From Tubiluchus corallicola (Eukaryota > Animalia > Priapulida): a DNA stretch of 64,000 nt. Both the position numbers and the translations under genes were made by a program. The stretch spans positions 166,098 to 230,097 of the forward strand of contig JAQGDQ010000350.1 of assembly GCA_030141605.1 (NCBI GenBank), read 5' to 3'. The notes below the pieces were generated by a model that saw nothing but the letters and a program-made list of their open reading frames with translations, had not been told where the DNA came from and did no database searches. The first letter of the stretch is position 1; the number at the start of each line of letters is the position of its first letter. Of this stretch, positions 10,997-23,600 are shown piece by piece.

Positions 10997-13899
10997 GGTT
11001 CAGAGGTCTTCGATGTTTAGGACCTCATGTATGAGCAGCAGAAAATGTAAATATTTGTTGAGTTTTTGTATATCACCCTGAATGTTCTACAGTAGTACCA
11101 TACTTTAATATTCTCTATTGCAACACGATCACGGAATGTGTCTGCCTTTGAAAATAATGTTCAGCTGCAATGCCATCAATAGTTCCGCTCGCCCGCCTTC
11201 TGATAAGTTTTTAATCTATTACTTAATTATCAGAGATGCTTTTCTGCAGTTTGATTGGTGTTAAAATGTATGCTTTTTACTGTACTTCAAAATGGATTGG
11301 GATATGAAAACTTATTGTTTACCTTTGAAAGTGTACCTGGCAACCAACTGGCAGGTGGAATACAATAAAATTTGGATGTTGATGTCATTAAACTGCAAAT
11401 AACTCAGCTTTGTAAATTGAAGACAAATGGCAAAAGTTATTTTACGATATTTAAATTTAATTTAATTAAGGTATATGCAAAATAGAAGAGAATGGAATCT
11501 CATCATTTAAATACAGCTGATAGTGCCCTACAGAAATAAAATTAATGAAAAAACAATTATAATGAATTGAATTAATGCAGACTGATCTAAAGCATGCAAA
11601 TCCAAACACTGAAAAAATAGAAACATGTAACTACTACCATAAACAAAGCAGTTAGCCAAATTTCTAAACGAAAATAGATTTTCTGTAAAACCAAAAATAT
11701 CTGGTTCGATTCAGAAGCAAATAAAAAAATATTTACACAATTTATTGTTATCTTTATATGTGCGCTTGCATAGCAAAATCATCCGTAAGTCTAGTTATCC
11801 ACATATCGTGAATCTCCATTTCATGAGGACCATTTTGATACCAAGTTCATTGCTCTATGTTATTTCTAAGCTGAGATAATCCACATTGAAGTTGAGGTGC
11901 AGGCTGCACACTGAAAAACATAATCTTGAGAAAATCACTGTTAAAGTTGGCCATTCCTTTTTGTCGCATTTCTAGAAAACACTTAGCAGACGCACAAATG
12001 TTGTTACTTAGTTTATTTTGATACCAAGCTCATTGCTTTATGTTATTTCTAAGCTGAGATAATCCACATTGAAGTTAAAACAGTGCTATGATGCTCCAAA
12101 GCACAATGTGCCAAAAATTTTGTCAAATGTTAATTTGTTGCTTTTTATAAAAACAAATGCTATATTTTAGCATCAAATTATCTAGAAAATGTTCAAAAAT
12201 ACTAAAAATCACATTTTTTTTGAGCCCCATACTCACTTTTCTGGCATGAAATTAGTACTGAATTGTAAAAAACTTGTATTCTCGTATTTTTTGTAGCTCA
12301 ATGAAGCAATCATCTTGTTTTAGATTTTTCTGTTGCCAAGCCCCGACCTTCGTCAGTAAGAGCCATTTATTGGTTTTAAACATTATTTCAATGTGTTCTT
12401 GTAAAGACTGTAGCAACCAACACTTGAACGGTTGCCAAGTAGAAACACAACAAAAAACAATGATCAACTTTAATAGCAATTTTCTCAAGATTATGTTTTT
12501 CAGTGTGCAGCCTGCACCTCAAATTTAAGGTGGATGATCTGAACTTAGAAATAACAAGCAGAGTAGAGCACATGATTAACATGAAAATGAGATTCAGGAT
12601 ATGTGAATAGCTAAAAAAGCATAATTGCCGACTTATATACGATTTTGCTCGGAAAGCACACATTTGTTATTATGATTAAATGCATTATTCAGCTGCTTCG
12701 TTCTGTAAGCAACTCAAAACACCTGAAACCTAGCTCGTTACCAAGTGTATCCAAACTAAAAATATATGTCATCATAAAGTTCACTGTAAGGTTTTCGCAG
12801 GCTGACAATTATTTAAGGCAGTTAAGGTTTAGATGGACGTGGAATAAAAAAGGTGCAACACCCTGCTTATATAAAACATTAATATTCAAACAAAAAGTTG
12901 GCGCTATTACACTTTTGCACCGCCTAGCTTTTCCTGGCCTATTGGTTGTTTTCACGCCTGCAAGCCAGAAAGCAGACCAACAGGCCCTAATATACACCAT
13001 ATTCCCATAATATTATTGCTTCTTGCGCTTTATAAGTCCAGATTAAAATCATGCATTACTTACCTACAGCCGCCATTAAAAGCTGCACGTGAATAACCGT
13101 GTTTACATCACTGATGCGCAATCGCTCTCGCGCGGTGACGTGTGTGGCCCTTAATCTGTATTTTTAGTTTCTTCGCATAATTTATGATTATTAGGGTTGC
13201 AGCTACGGGAGTTTGTATCGTACCGCGGGAAATTATTTTAGACGACTACAGTTATTTATCATTAATTTTATTTATTACTGTAGTATTATTACTATTAGAT
13301 TATAAAAAAAGTAAAGGTTTTTTCTTTATTTCGTAAATGCGGTGAAGATGGAAGTGTGTCACGTGCCTTTTAACCTAGGCCCTGATAATGCATAAACTAG
13401 TACGAAATTTGTCACGTGACTACACACACAAACAAGATGGCGATACGCCCTGTATAGGTGTAAAACTGTGAATACAGTGTAATAATTAAATATATTATTA
13501 AATTACAATTAGATTAGCGGAAACATTCACTGATGACGTAAGAATAATTTTAATAGAATGATGACTTACGAGCCTAAAAACGAGTAATAACCTATAAAAA
13601 GCTAGGCGGTGCGAAAGTGTAATAGCGCCCAAAAAGTTTTCGCAATACGAAAACACAGCACTATTTTTTTATCCAGGAAATAAAATGGCCTTACGTATTA
13701 TGCTGTAGATTACGTCTTACACGATTTTGTGTCAAAAAATGAAAACATACGACTTTAGCAATACGAAAACTCTTCATAATTACAAGGCGTACGTCATACG
13801 CTGCTTTATTCACCACGCCCGTTATATTCTCAGGTCATTTCGCGTCAGTCGCGCGTATTACTAGTGATTATTGATTATTGGTTGTAACTTAGCTACCAC

Positions 13900-13943
<44 letters not shown>

Positions 13944-14030
13944 GTAATAATAACAACAACAACAATAATAAAATAATAATAATAATGACAACAACAAAAA
14001 CAACAATTGTAGTAGTAGTAGTAATAATAA
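10997..14030. repeat. Copy A of a local segmental duplication (copy B ~15121-17300), made of DNA-transposon remnants, a CpG-rich promoter-like segment and an (AAT)n end
   Basis: Long near-identical stretches: 11070-11990 vs 15210-16250, 12640-12899 vs 16570-16810, and 13630-13858 vs 16802-17018. Both copies end in agctacca..(AAT)n. Confidence 0.85.
12900..13629. mobile_element. MITE with ~33-bp TIRs and 9-bp TSD (Mutator/MULE-like)
   Basis: Left TIR ggcgctattacacttttgcaccgcctagctttt; right TIR aaaagctaggcggtgcgaaagtgtaatagcgcc. TSD caaaaagtt at 12891-12899 and 13630-13638. The empty site is present in the paralogous copy at 16802-16810. Confidence 0.9.
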
Positions 14031-15120
14031 TTCCATAAATTTCCTTTAAATCTGACCACTGGAAATGCTAAATATTCGTCTTTTTTGCACAAAATCTCCA
14101 ATCGGAATACATGTTTCTCATCAGTTCTTAATTGAGGTCATGTAAAGGGCGACACTAACCGAAAAATTATGAAACTTAAAGTAATTGTGCTCAGTCCACA
14201 GTGTTTTAATGCGATCCATTGTGTCTGTCTCACTTTTTCCCCCCAGGAGCTAAAATCTTTATCTATGACCAAGACGTAAGTGGAATGCCATAATTTTCTC
14301 AGAAAATGATTTTTCATCTCTAAACATTCTTTGCTGTTTCAGCTAGGATATCCGATTTCGTAGTGAGTTTTTCTTATTGGTCAGTTGTTTGGGTTGCTGG
14401 TAGCACTGTTTTGACAAGCACGTGTCAAAGCCTCATTATTGGTTCTAACTTTATAAAATTTTAGGTGCTGATATCAAACAGCAGGCCGACTGGATAAAAC
14501 GAAAATAAATACTTTCTGCAACTGATTACTTTTTAACTCAGTTTTATTAAAATCATTGTGAAACATGGATGCAATACAGATCTCATACACGACTTAGGAC
14601 AGTAGAAAATTGCATTAATTTTGCAGAACATTAACAGAGGTCGAACGTTTTAATTAATAAGAAAAAAACAGAAGGTGCAAATAGACTGCAAATCTGTAAG
14701 AGCTCAACACAATAAGCACATGGGTAACTTGTTTAATGGAAAGTGCTGAAATTACACTTTTGCCACTGTCAACATGTTTATAGTGAATTTAAGAGTTTAG
14801 AGAGTTTAAGAGAGTTTATTCATTTCCACATTGCATCTTACAATTATCATTAAAATACAGATAATTATCCATTTAGGTAAATATAAATATAAATATAAAT
14901 ATAAATAAATGCAGTATTATCGAGAAATTACAAAATGCAGCATATACATGTGCAAATTTCATTACAGAATAATTTTGATGCATACAGTTTGAGCCTAACA
15001 AGAATAATAAATGTGAAAAAATTATTAGCTTACAAATGCAATTTCATATTTGCGAGTCTAGTTCTTCACTGGTTAGATGGGCACTAGCACCTGCACCTCG
15101 GAAACTGGTGCTGCGCTTCT

Positions 15121-17183
15121 CCGTTCAGAGGTGTTCGTTTGTGATGTTGCACACATGTTCAGGATCTCATGTATGAGCAGCGGAAAATTTGAAATTTGAA
15201 TATCTGCAGAGTTTTTGTATATCACCCTGAATGTTCTACAGTAGCACCATACTTTAATTTACTCTATTGCAACACGATCACGGAATGTGTCTGCCATTGA
15301 AAATAATGTTCAGCTGCAATGCCATTAATAGTTCCGCTCGCCCGCCTTCTGATAAGTTTTTAATCTATTACTTAATTATCAGAGATGCTCTTCTGCAGTT
15401 TAATTGGTGTTAAAATGTATGCTTTTTACTGTACTTCAAAATGGAGTGTAATATGAAAACTTATTGTTTACCTTTGAAAGTGTGCTTGGCAACCAACTGG
15501 CAGGTGGAATACAATAAAATTTGGACGCTGATGTCATTAAACTGCACATAACTCAGCTTTGTAAATTGAAGACAAATGGCAAAAGTTATTTTAATTTTAA
15601 TTTAATTAAGGTATATGCAAAATAGAAGAGAATGGAATCTCATCATTTAAATACAGCTGATAGTGCCCTACAGAAATAAAATTAATGAAAAAACAATTAT
15701 AATGAATTGAATTAATGCAGAATGATTTAAAGCATGCAAAATCAAACACTGAAAAAAGAGAAACATTATTTAAAAAAAATCAAATTTGTATTACTTATGT
15801 AGGAATTACTAATCACAACATATGCTGTTTGGTACTCATGCAAAGTACTCATGTAACTAGTGCCATAAACAAACCAGTTAGCCAAATTTCTAAACGAGAA
15901 TAGATTTTCTGTAAAACCAAAAATATCTGGTTCGATTCAGATAATTCTAAGCAAATGAAAAAAAAAATACACAATTTATTGTTATCTTTATATGTGTGCT
16001 TGCAAAGCAAAATCGTCCGTAAGTCAGCAAATAAGCTTTTCAATTTATCCACATATCGTGAATCTCCATTTCATGAGGACCATTTTGATACCAAGTTCAT
16101 TGCTCTATGTTATTTCTAAGCTGAGATAATCCACATTGAAGTTAAGGTGCAGGCTGCACACTGAAAAACATAATCTCGAGAAAATCACTGTTAAAGTTAG
16201 TCATTCCTTTTCGTCGCATTTCTAGAAACACTTAGCAGCCACACAAATGTTGTTGCTACAGACTTTGCAAGAGCAAGTTGAGGTTATGTTTAAACTCAGT
16301 AGACAATTGAGCGGTTGCTAAGTGTTTTCGAGAAACACGACAAAAAACAATGGCTAACTTTAACACCGTTTGTCTAAAGGTTATGTTTTTCAGTGTGCGT
16401 AACTTGCAGGCTGTGTGTGCAAAACATGCAGCCTGCACCTCAAATTCAACGTGGATTATCTCAGCTTAGAAATAACAAACAGTGATGAACTTGGTATCAA
16501 AATGATTCACATGAAATGGAGATTCAGGATATGTGAATAGCTAGAAAAGGTTAATCGGCAAATTATGTACGATTTTGCTCGGCATGCACACATTTGTTAT
16601 CATGATTAAATGCATTATTCAGCTGCTTCGTTCTGTAAGCAACTCAAAACACCTGAAACCCTAGCTCGTTACCAAGTATATCCAAACTGAAAATAAATAG
16701 GTTTTCGCCGGCAGACAATTATGTAAGGCGGTTAAGGTTTAGATGGACGTGGAATAAAAGGGAGTGCAGCACCCTGCTTATATAAAACATTATTATTCAA
16801 ACAAAAAGTTTTCGAAATAAGAAAACACAGCACTATTTTTTTATCCAGGAAATAATAATAGCCTTACGTACTATTCCAGATTACGTCTTACGTATTGTGT
16901 CAGAACATACGACTTTAGCAATACGAAAACTCTTCATAATTACAAGGCGCACGACACATTCGCTGCCTGTATTCACCACGCCCGCGATTTCTCAGGTCAT
17001 TTCGCGTCAGTCGCGTGTCGTGGCATCGTAAATTAGCTAAGCAGATAATTAATAGCTGAGTTTAGCTATCATTCTCATTATCTCTCTGTTGTTCTTACAA
17101 TTAAAATACGTCAACGAAATTTAGGTGCTATGTTTTTAGTCGCCCGATACTTTCTATAATGTTTGTAACTCAGCTACCAGAGC

Positions 17184-17224
<41 letters not shown>

Positions 17225-17232
17225 CAACAATA

Positions 17233-17268
<36 letters not shown>

Positions 17269-17300
17269 TTAATAATAATAATAATAATAATAGTAATAAA
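15121..17300. repeat. Copy B of the local segmental duplication, with an internal inverted repeat (~16050-16560)
   Basis: See copy A. Inverted arms ...ctaagctgagataatccacattgaa... and ...ttcaacgtggattatctcagcttag... The same family occurs at 54540-55228. Confidence 0.82.
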
Positions 17301-17651
17301 AATAAACTTTGTTTTTTATAAAATAGTCCTTCAACAATTTCATACGTTAAAAATGCTGCTTAAGAAGTTCAGTTTTTAGTTTTCTTTTTAAGAATTTAAA
17401 TTTGGTTGAGTTCTAATTTGAATTGGTAACTTATACCAATAATTTGATTCAAATAAATTTGAAAGACAAACAAATAACAATAATGGTAATCTTCAAGTAT
17501 TCATGTGCATTTATGTCACACCTTATCCCATTTCAGCAAATAATTGAATTTTATTAATAAAAAAATAAATAGTGTAACAGTGACAGCTATGCTAAAAGCA
17601 TTATTAATATATATACCTAGTAAGAATTTTTGCGTTTGCATGTAAGGGTTA

Positions 17652-20600
17652 TTACCATGTTAACTTGATGTGAAATACTGAATAAAGATTAATTAAACAA
17701 GTTGTCATAGTTGTGCCAACTATCGTTGCTCTACTTTTTACAGATTGCACACAGAGTTTACCAGGTATGCATTTTGAATTTTTATAAAGATATTTCACTC
17801 TATCGATCCAGTCTAAATAAAAAGAAATTTTGGCTGCAATGTTTATTTTTAGAGGCCCGTATAGTTCTTCATCTTCAAATACTAAAACATTGTCTATTAC
17901 ACCAATAACCACACCTGTCTTTTTTAAAACGACTGGTCCACCTGAATCACCCTACAAATAAATGAAAGATATTACAGCCAGTTGTAATCATGGTCACATG
18001 ACACACGTGATCAATTTACAAGGCAGTGCAATTAAGAAAACAGTATTAGTGATAAATAATTTATCAAGCCAAGGAATTAAAGTTGGGAATGCTTTTGATT
18101 ATCGAACTGGCGAATTAAACTCAAGAATACTGGCGATTTTCTAGATAATGAATTTCTGCTAAACTGCTGTCGATAATGTTGCTATTGGCATTGCAACTGC
18201 ATTGGATCTTAATAAGTCCAAAAACCGGCTTTAGGATACATGTGCAAAGGAAAAAACTTTTCAATATTGCACCATTAATTTAGTTTGCTCTTGTATTGAC
18301 AGATCACAAAATAAAATGATGTGCTTGTTTTATTTCAATGCCAGTAACTTCTTCAGTTAGGCTATTATAAACGTCATTATGAAGACCAACGTAATACTAT
18401 AAATAAATACCATTGCAATTGATAATGGCTCTGATCAAGCTTAATCAAGTTATTTTAATTTTACATACTATTAAAAAATAATAGTCTTTCTATCTTTTAT
18501 ATCATTCCATATATGAGCTTCATTCATTACATCATTCTATTTTAAGCACTAATGTTTTTTTTATCAGGATTCACTTTAAATTTTCAGATTATCTCCATTA
18601 CTTTTTTTCTACCACAGTGTGGGACAATCTAACAAGCCCTGCTTCTTGATTGCCCACAACACATTTACCTTCGTGTATAAGTGAACAGTGTTTGAGGCTT
18701 TTCGTGTGCAGTATATCTTATTTTGTATTTTATCCATTGTAGGCCCTTTCACTAGATATTGTATATGTAACCATTGTAAATGTGTAATGTGAAATAAATG
18801 ACTTATGACTTATGGCTGATACATGTGTAGCAATTTGCTAGGATATTGCTGACACTGTACCAAGAGAGCTAAATGCTGAGCTTGTCTTATCGCTTTTCAG
18901 CTTGCAACACTTGCCTTGTAAAGGAAAGTGCAAATATTAAATATGCCTTAGCAACTACACCGCATTGTTTAGAATTCACTGTTCATGTCCCTGTTCTTGA
19001 TTCTTGGGGACATTTTCTAACCGATTCAACCGCGATAATATGAAAAAATATAATATATTTGTTGGCATCCTTCTGTCTCGGAAGACAATGGAGTGTGTGC
19101 CAAGAGAGTCAGTTATTGATCACATTGATGGAGCTGCAGCATCGACTGTGGCTGAGCAGTGCGATCCTTGAACGTCTCCAGGGCACACGCCTGGGCAAGG
19201 TGTATGGAGATCCTGAGTTGCCCAGACAACAGGAACCCCATTTCTTCCTCCTTGGTGTAGACCAAAGGAAAGCGGAGCGATACGTTTGGCACCAGGTTGG
19301 CTGCAGGAGCTGCCGGAGTCAGTGAGCATGCTACACTGGTCCGCCTTCGGGGCTCCACTCCTTATTTGGAAGGTTTACTCCTCTACACATGGCCGTTGGG
19401 TCACTTCACCTCCTCCGCCCTCTAGCCGTTGGCTGCTTGTGCAGTTTCACCGCCTGGTGTCGAGATACAGTGTGGGCATCCCGATTATATAATATATAAT
19501 ATAATTGTGTGTACCAGACTATGCATTTTGGGGTTATATAGACTATATATTACAGTTCACTTATTATTGTCTTCATTAGTTAATGTTGGTGTCAACGTTT
19601 TCACAATGTTTTAATAATAAACTATAATTACTTTTTATTTCTTTCTACATCTAAAACGTCAAATTCGTCCAGGTAATCACTCGCATTTTTTAAAACAAAA
19701 CACAAGGCAAAGCAACGGTTTATAAGCAAGAATGGAATGCATTCATTAAAAGCTGGTTTTTGGTACCTTCATGAGTAGTACTGTTTTGTTGTTTACACTT
19801 ACATGAACATAGTAACATTGCATTATTGCATACTTACATGAATTGTATGTTTTTTATACTTACCAAAGTAACACTACTTTCCGGATTACGTGCGCAGAAA
19901 GACCATGGGTTGTAATATCGAGAGCAGCGACCTGTATTTGACACTATTAAACGAGCCTTTTTCAAATGATTTCCTGTTGGTAAACCTAAGAAAAAGTAGT
20001 AAATATGTCAGGTGGCGCAGAGAATGTGCCAAAGTTTTGGTCACGTGAGAACAAAATTACAAATTCCTTTCAGAATTACTTCGTTGATATTACAGATGAT
20101 TATGTACACTCGTGTTTTACGCAAAACAGCCTTTAAATAAAGCAGCGGAGCAATTAAATCTGTAAACCAAAATACCAATATCGCGGCGAAAGCACTCAGC
20201 GAAAGTTGAAAAAAGCAGCCATTGGACTGCAGACGCACGTGACGACGTCTAAATGTAAATATTTGAGTTTTGCATACCTTCACGTTTTCCACCCCATCCC
20301 GCGACAATGACTTCTTCATTAACATAAGTGTGAACGTCACAAACTGGCAGAGTTGCAGGTTGAATATCGCTGTTAAACTTCACTTTTTTATTCATTCTCA
20401 CAAGAGCTATGTCATTAGGCTCTTCAACTGAGGCATTAAAGGGTCTATAATCAGGATGTGTTTTGTACCAAGCAACCTACAAACATACAAAACTAATTCT
20501 CACAAGAGCTGTGTCATTAGGCTCTTCAACTGAGGCATTAAAGGGTCTATAATCAGGATGTGTTTTGTACCAAGCAACCTACAAACATACAAAACTAATT

Positions 20601-23600
20601 CTCACAAGAGCTATGTCACTAGACTCTTCAACCGAGGCATTAAAGGGTCTATAATCAGGATGTGTTTTGTACCAAGCAACCTACAAACATACAAAACTAA
20701 TTCTCACAAGAGCTGTGTCACTAGACTCTTCAACCGAGGCCTTAAAGGGTCTATAACCAGGATGCACTTTGTACCAAGCAACCTACAAACATACAAAACT
20801 AATTCTCACAAGAGCTATGTCACTAGACTCTTCAACCGAGGCATTAAAGGGTCTATAATCAGGATGTGTTTTGTACCAAGCAACCTACAAACATACAAAA
20901 CTAATTCTCACAAGAGCTATGTCATTACGCTCTTCAACCGAGGCATTGAAGGGTCTATAATCAGGATGTGTTTTGTACCAAGCAACCTACAAACATACAA
21001 AACTAATTCTCACAAGAGCTATGTCATTAGACTCTTCAACTGAGGCATTAAAGGGTCTATAATCAGGATGTGTTTTGTACCAAGCAACCTACAAACATAC
21101 AAAACTAATTCTCACAAGAGCTATGTCACTAGACTCTTCAACCGAGGCATTAAAGGGTCTATAACCAGGATGCACTTTGTACCAAGCAACCTACAAACAT
21201 ACAAAACTAATTCTCACAAGAGCTATGTCACTAGGCTCTTCAACTGAGGCATTAAAGGGTCTATAATCAGGATGTGTTTTGTACCAAGCAACCTACAAAC
21301 ATACAAAACTAATTCTCACAAGAGCTATGTCACTAGACTCTTCAACCGAGGCATTAAACGGTCTATAACCAGGATGCACTTTGTACCAAGCAACCTACAA
21401 ACATACAAAACTAATTCTCACAAGAGCTATGTCACTAGGCTCTTCAACCGAGGCATTAAAGGGTCTATAATCAGGATGTGTTTTGTACCAAGCAACCTAC
21501 AAACATACAAAACTAATTCTCACAAGAGCTATGTCACTAGGCTCTTCAACCGAAGCATTAAAGGGTCTATAACCAGGATGCGCTTTGTACCAAGCAACCT
21601 ACAAACACACAAAACTAATTCTCACAAGAGCTACGTCACTAGGCTCTTCAACCGAGGCATTAAGGGGTATATAATCAGGATGTACTTTGTACCAAGCAAC
21701 CTACAAACATACAAAACTAAACCCTGTATATGTCAGTAAATTAATTAATCAGTCAGTAGAGCAACTACTCAGAAATTATTGAATAAGATTCAGTGAAAAC
21801 GCGAAGTTTATTATTTGAGATTATGTCTTGTTTACGGCAGTCTCAGCAGAATTATGATGTGGAAACCATGGTACTAAATAAAACACTCCTTAGATGATGC
21901 TCACAAACTCCAGAGCACACACGTGATGAGAGAAGAGGCAAACAGAGACGCACCACTTTTGAGAGGCCCGGCTGTTAAATCGTGGAGAGTTGAAATCCGG
22001 TCTGTGAAGATCGAGGCTACGGTCAAATGCATGTGCTGTTATTAAACATTCATGAAAGTTTTGGAGCAGTTAAGCAGTAAGAGCTCAAACAGAGCTTTTA
22101 AGCAGTAAGAGCTCAAACAGAGCTTTTAAGCAGTAAGAGCTCAAACAGAGCTTTTAAGCAGTAAGAGCTCAAACAGAGCTTTTAAGCAGTAAGAGCTCAA
22201 ACAGAGCTTTTAAGCAGTAAGAGCTCAAACAGAGCTTTTAAGCAGTAAGAGCTCAAACAGAGCTTTTAAGCAGTAAGAGCTCAAACAGAGCTTTTAAGCA
22301 GTAAGAGCTCAAACAGAGCTTTTAAGCAGTAAGAGCTCAAACAGAGCTTTTAAGCAGTATAAACTAACAGATAATTTAATAGCAACTCAATGATGTTACA
22401 GCACAAAAATGTCATGCTTATTGTTTAGCAGTTAGGAACATTATCCTCTGATGTATGTCTTCATGTGATTGCATGTATCATCTACTCCTTTAACCCTTTC
22501 TGTCCCAAATTATTTTTTTAATAAGAAATTTTTTTTTGGCTTGGTACTTTTGTTCAGTATGTCCATCTTGTTTACACATAATAATTATTTTTTTCTACTT
22601 GTGCCCGTGTGCTAAACATAGCCTGTATCCCGATATAGCCGATAATTTTTTAAAGTTTTCAAGACATTTAGTATGCACGCTATGCTGATCTGTACAAAGT
22701 CGTCTCTAAAGTACTGTTCCTTGCGCAGTTTTTTATGCTATGTAGATTTCTTAGTTTGCCAATTTTTCACCATTTTAGTCTATTGTTATTGGCTTAAATC
22801 AAAATAACTATTAGCAGATCAAATAACTGTCAGTTTTAAAATTTTATTAACTTTAAAGGCAGAAAATATTCTCGTATCCCACGGGTTACAACGGGTATGA
22901 AAGGGTTAATAAACTTCTACTGCATAGTTACTCCAGTTATTTGGGGCGCCATGATTGCGTTTTCCCTGTACAACCGACATCACAAGACGAACCATAAAGC
23001 ATTGCAAATAAAAGCAAAGCTAATTAACACAGCAACTTACTTAACCCCCCCCCCCCCCTACTAATGACATGGCAGTTACCACACCCAATAAGATACTTTA
23101 ACCGTGTTCAGCAAAAATTATTAAACAAAGGAGTTTCCATTAAAGAACAATAGTTAATACAGAAATAAATGATCCTGAAAAAGTCTAGGTGATGCCGAAT
23201 ACATCACTAGGAGATAAACGTGGTGCAGTGTAATGGTTTGGTGTTGATTTGTATGGTATGTTGTGGTTTACCGTGCTTTACAAGTAGTGTGGTGAGATGC
23301 ATGGGTGTAACATACTGTGGCGTGGTGAGATGCATGGGTGTAACATACTGTGGTGTGGTGAGATGCATGGGTGTAACATACTGTGGTGTGGTGAGATGCA
23401 TGGGTGTAACATACTGTGGCGTGGTGAGATGCATGGGTGTAACATACTGTGGCGTGGTTTGTTATGCAAAGACTTACCCAACGAATTACAGTCGTTTGAG
23501 ATATCATGTTGCTTCCCAAATATATTTGCAAGTGTTCCCCCGGAGTTTCTCTGCAACACGTTGGACAAATTAGATAACCATTTGGACCAGATGGAAAATT

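Noticed and set aside
20558-21739. Plus-strand repetitive ORFs (161 aa, 155 aa), and a CRISPR-like reading of the 102-bp array
   Set aside because: They are antisense shadows of the amplified protease exon. Units are contiguous with no unique spacers, there are no cas genes, and the context is eukaryotic.
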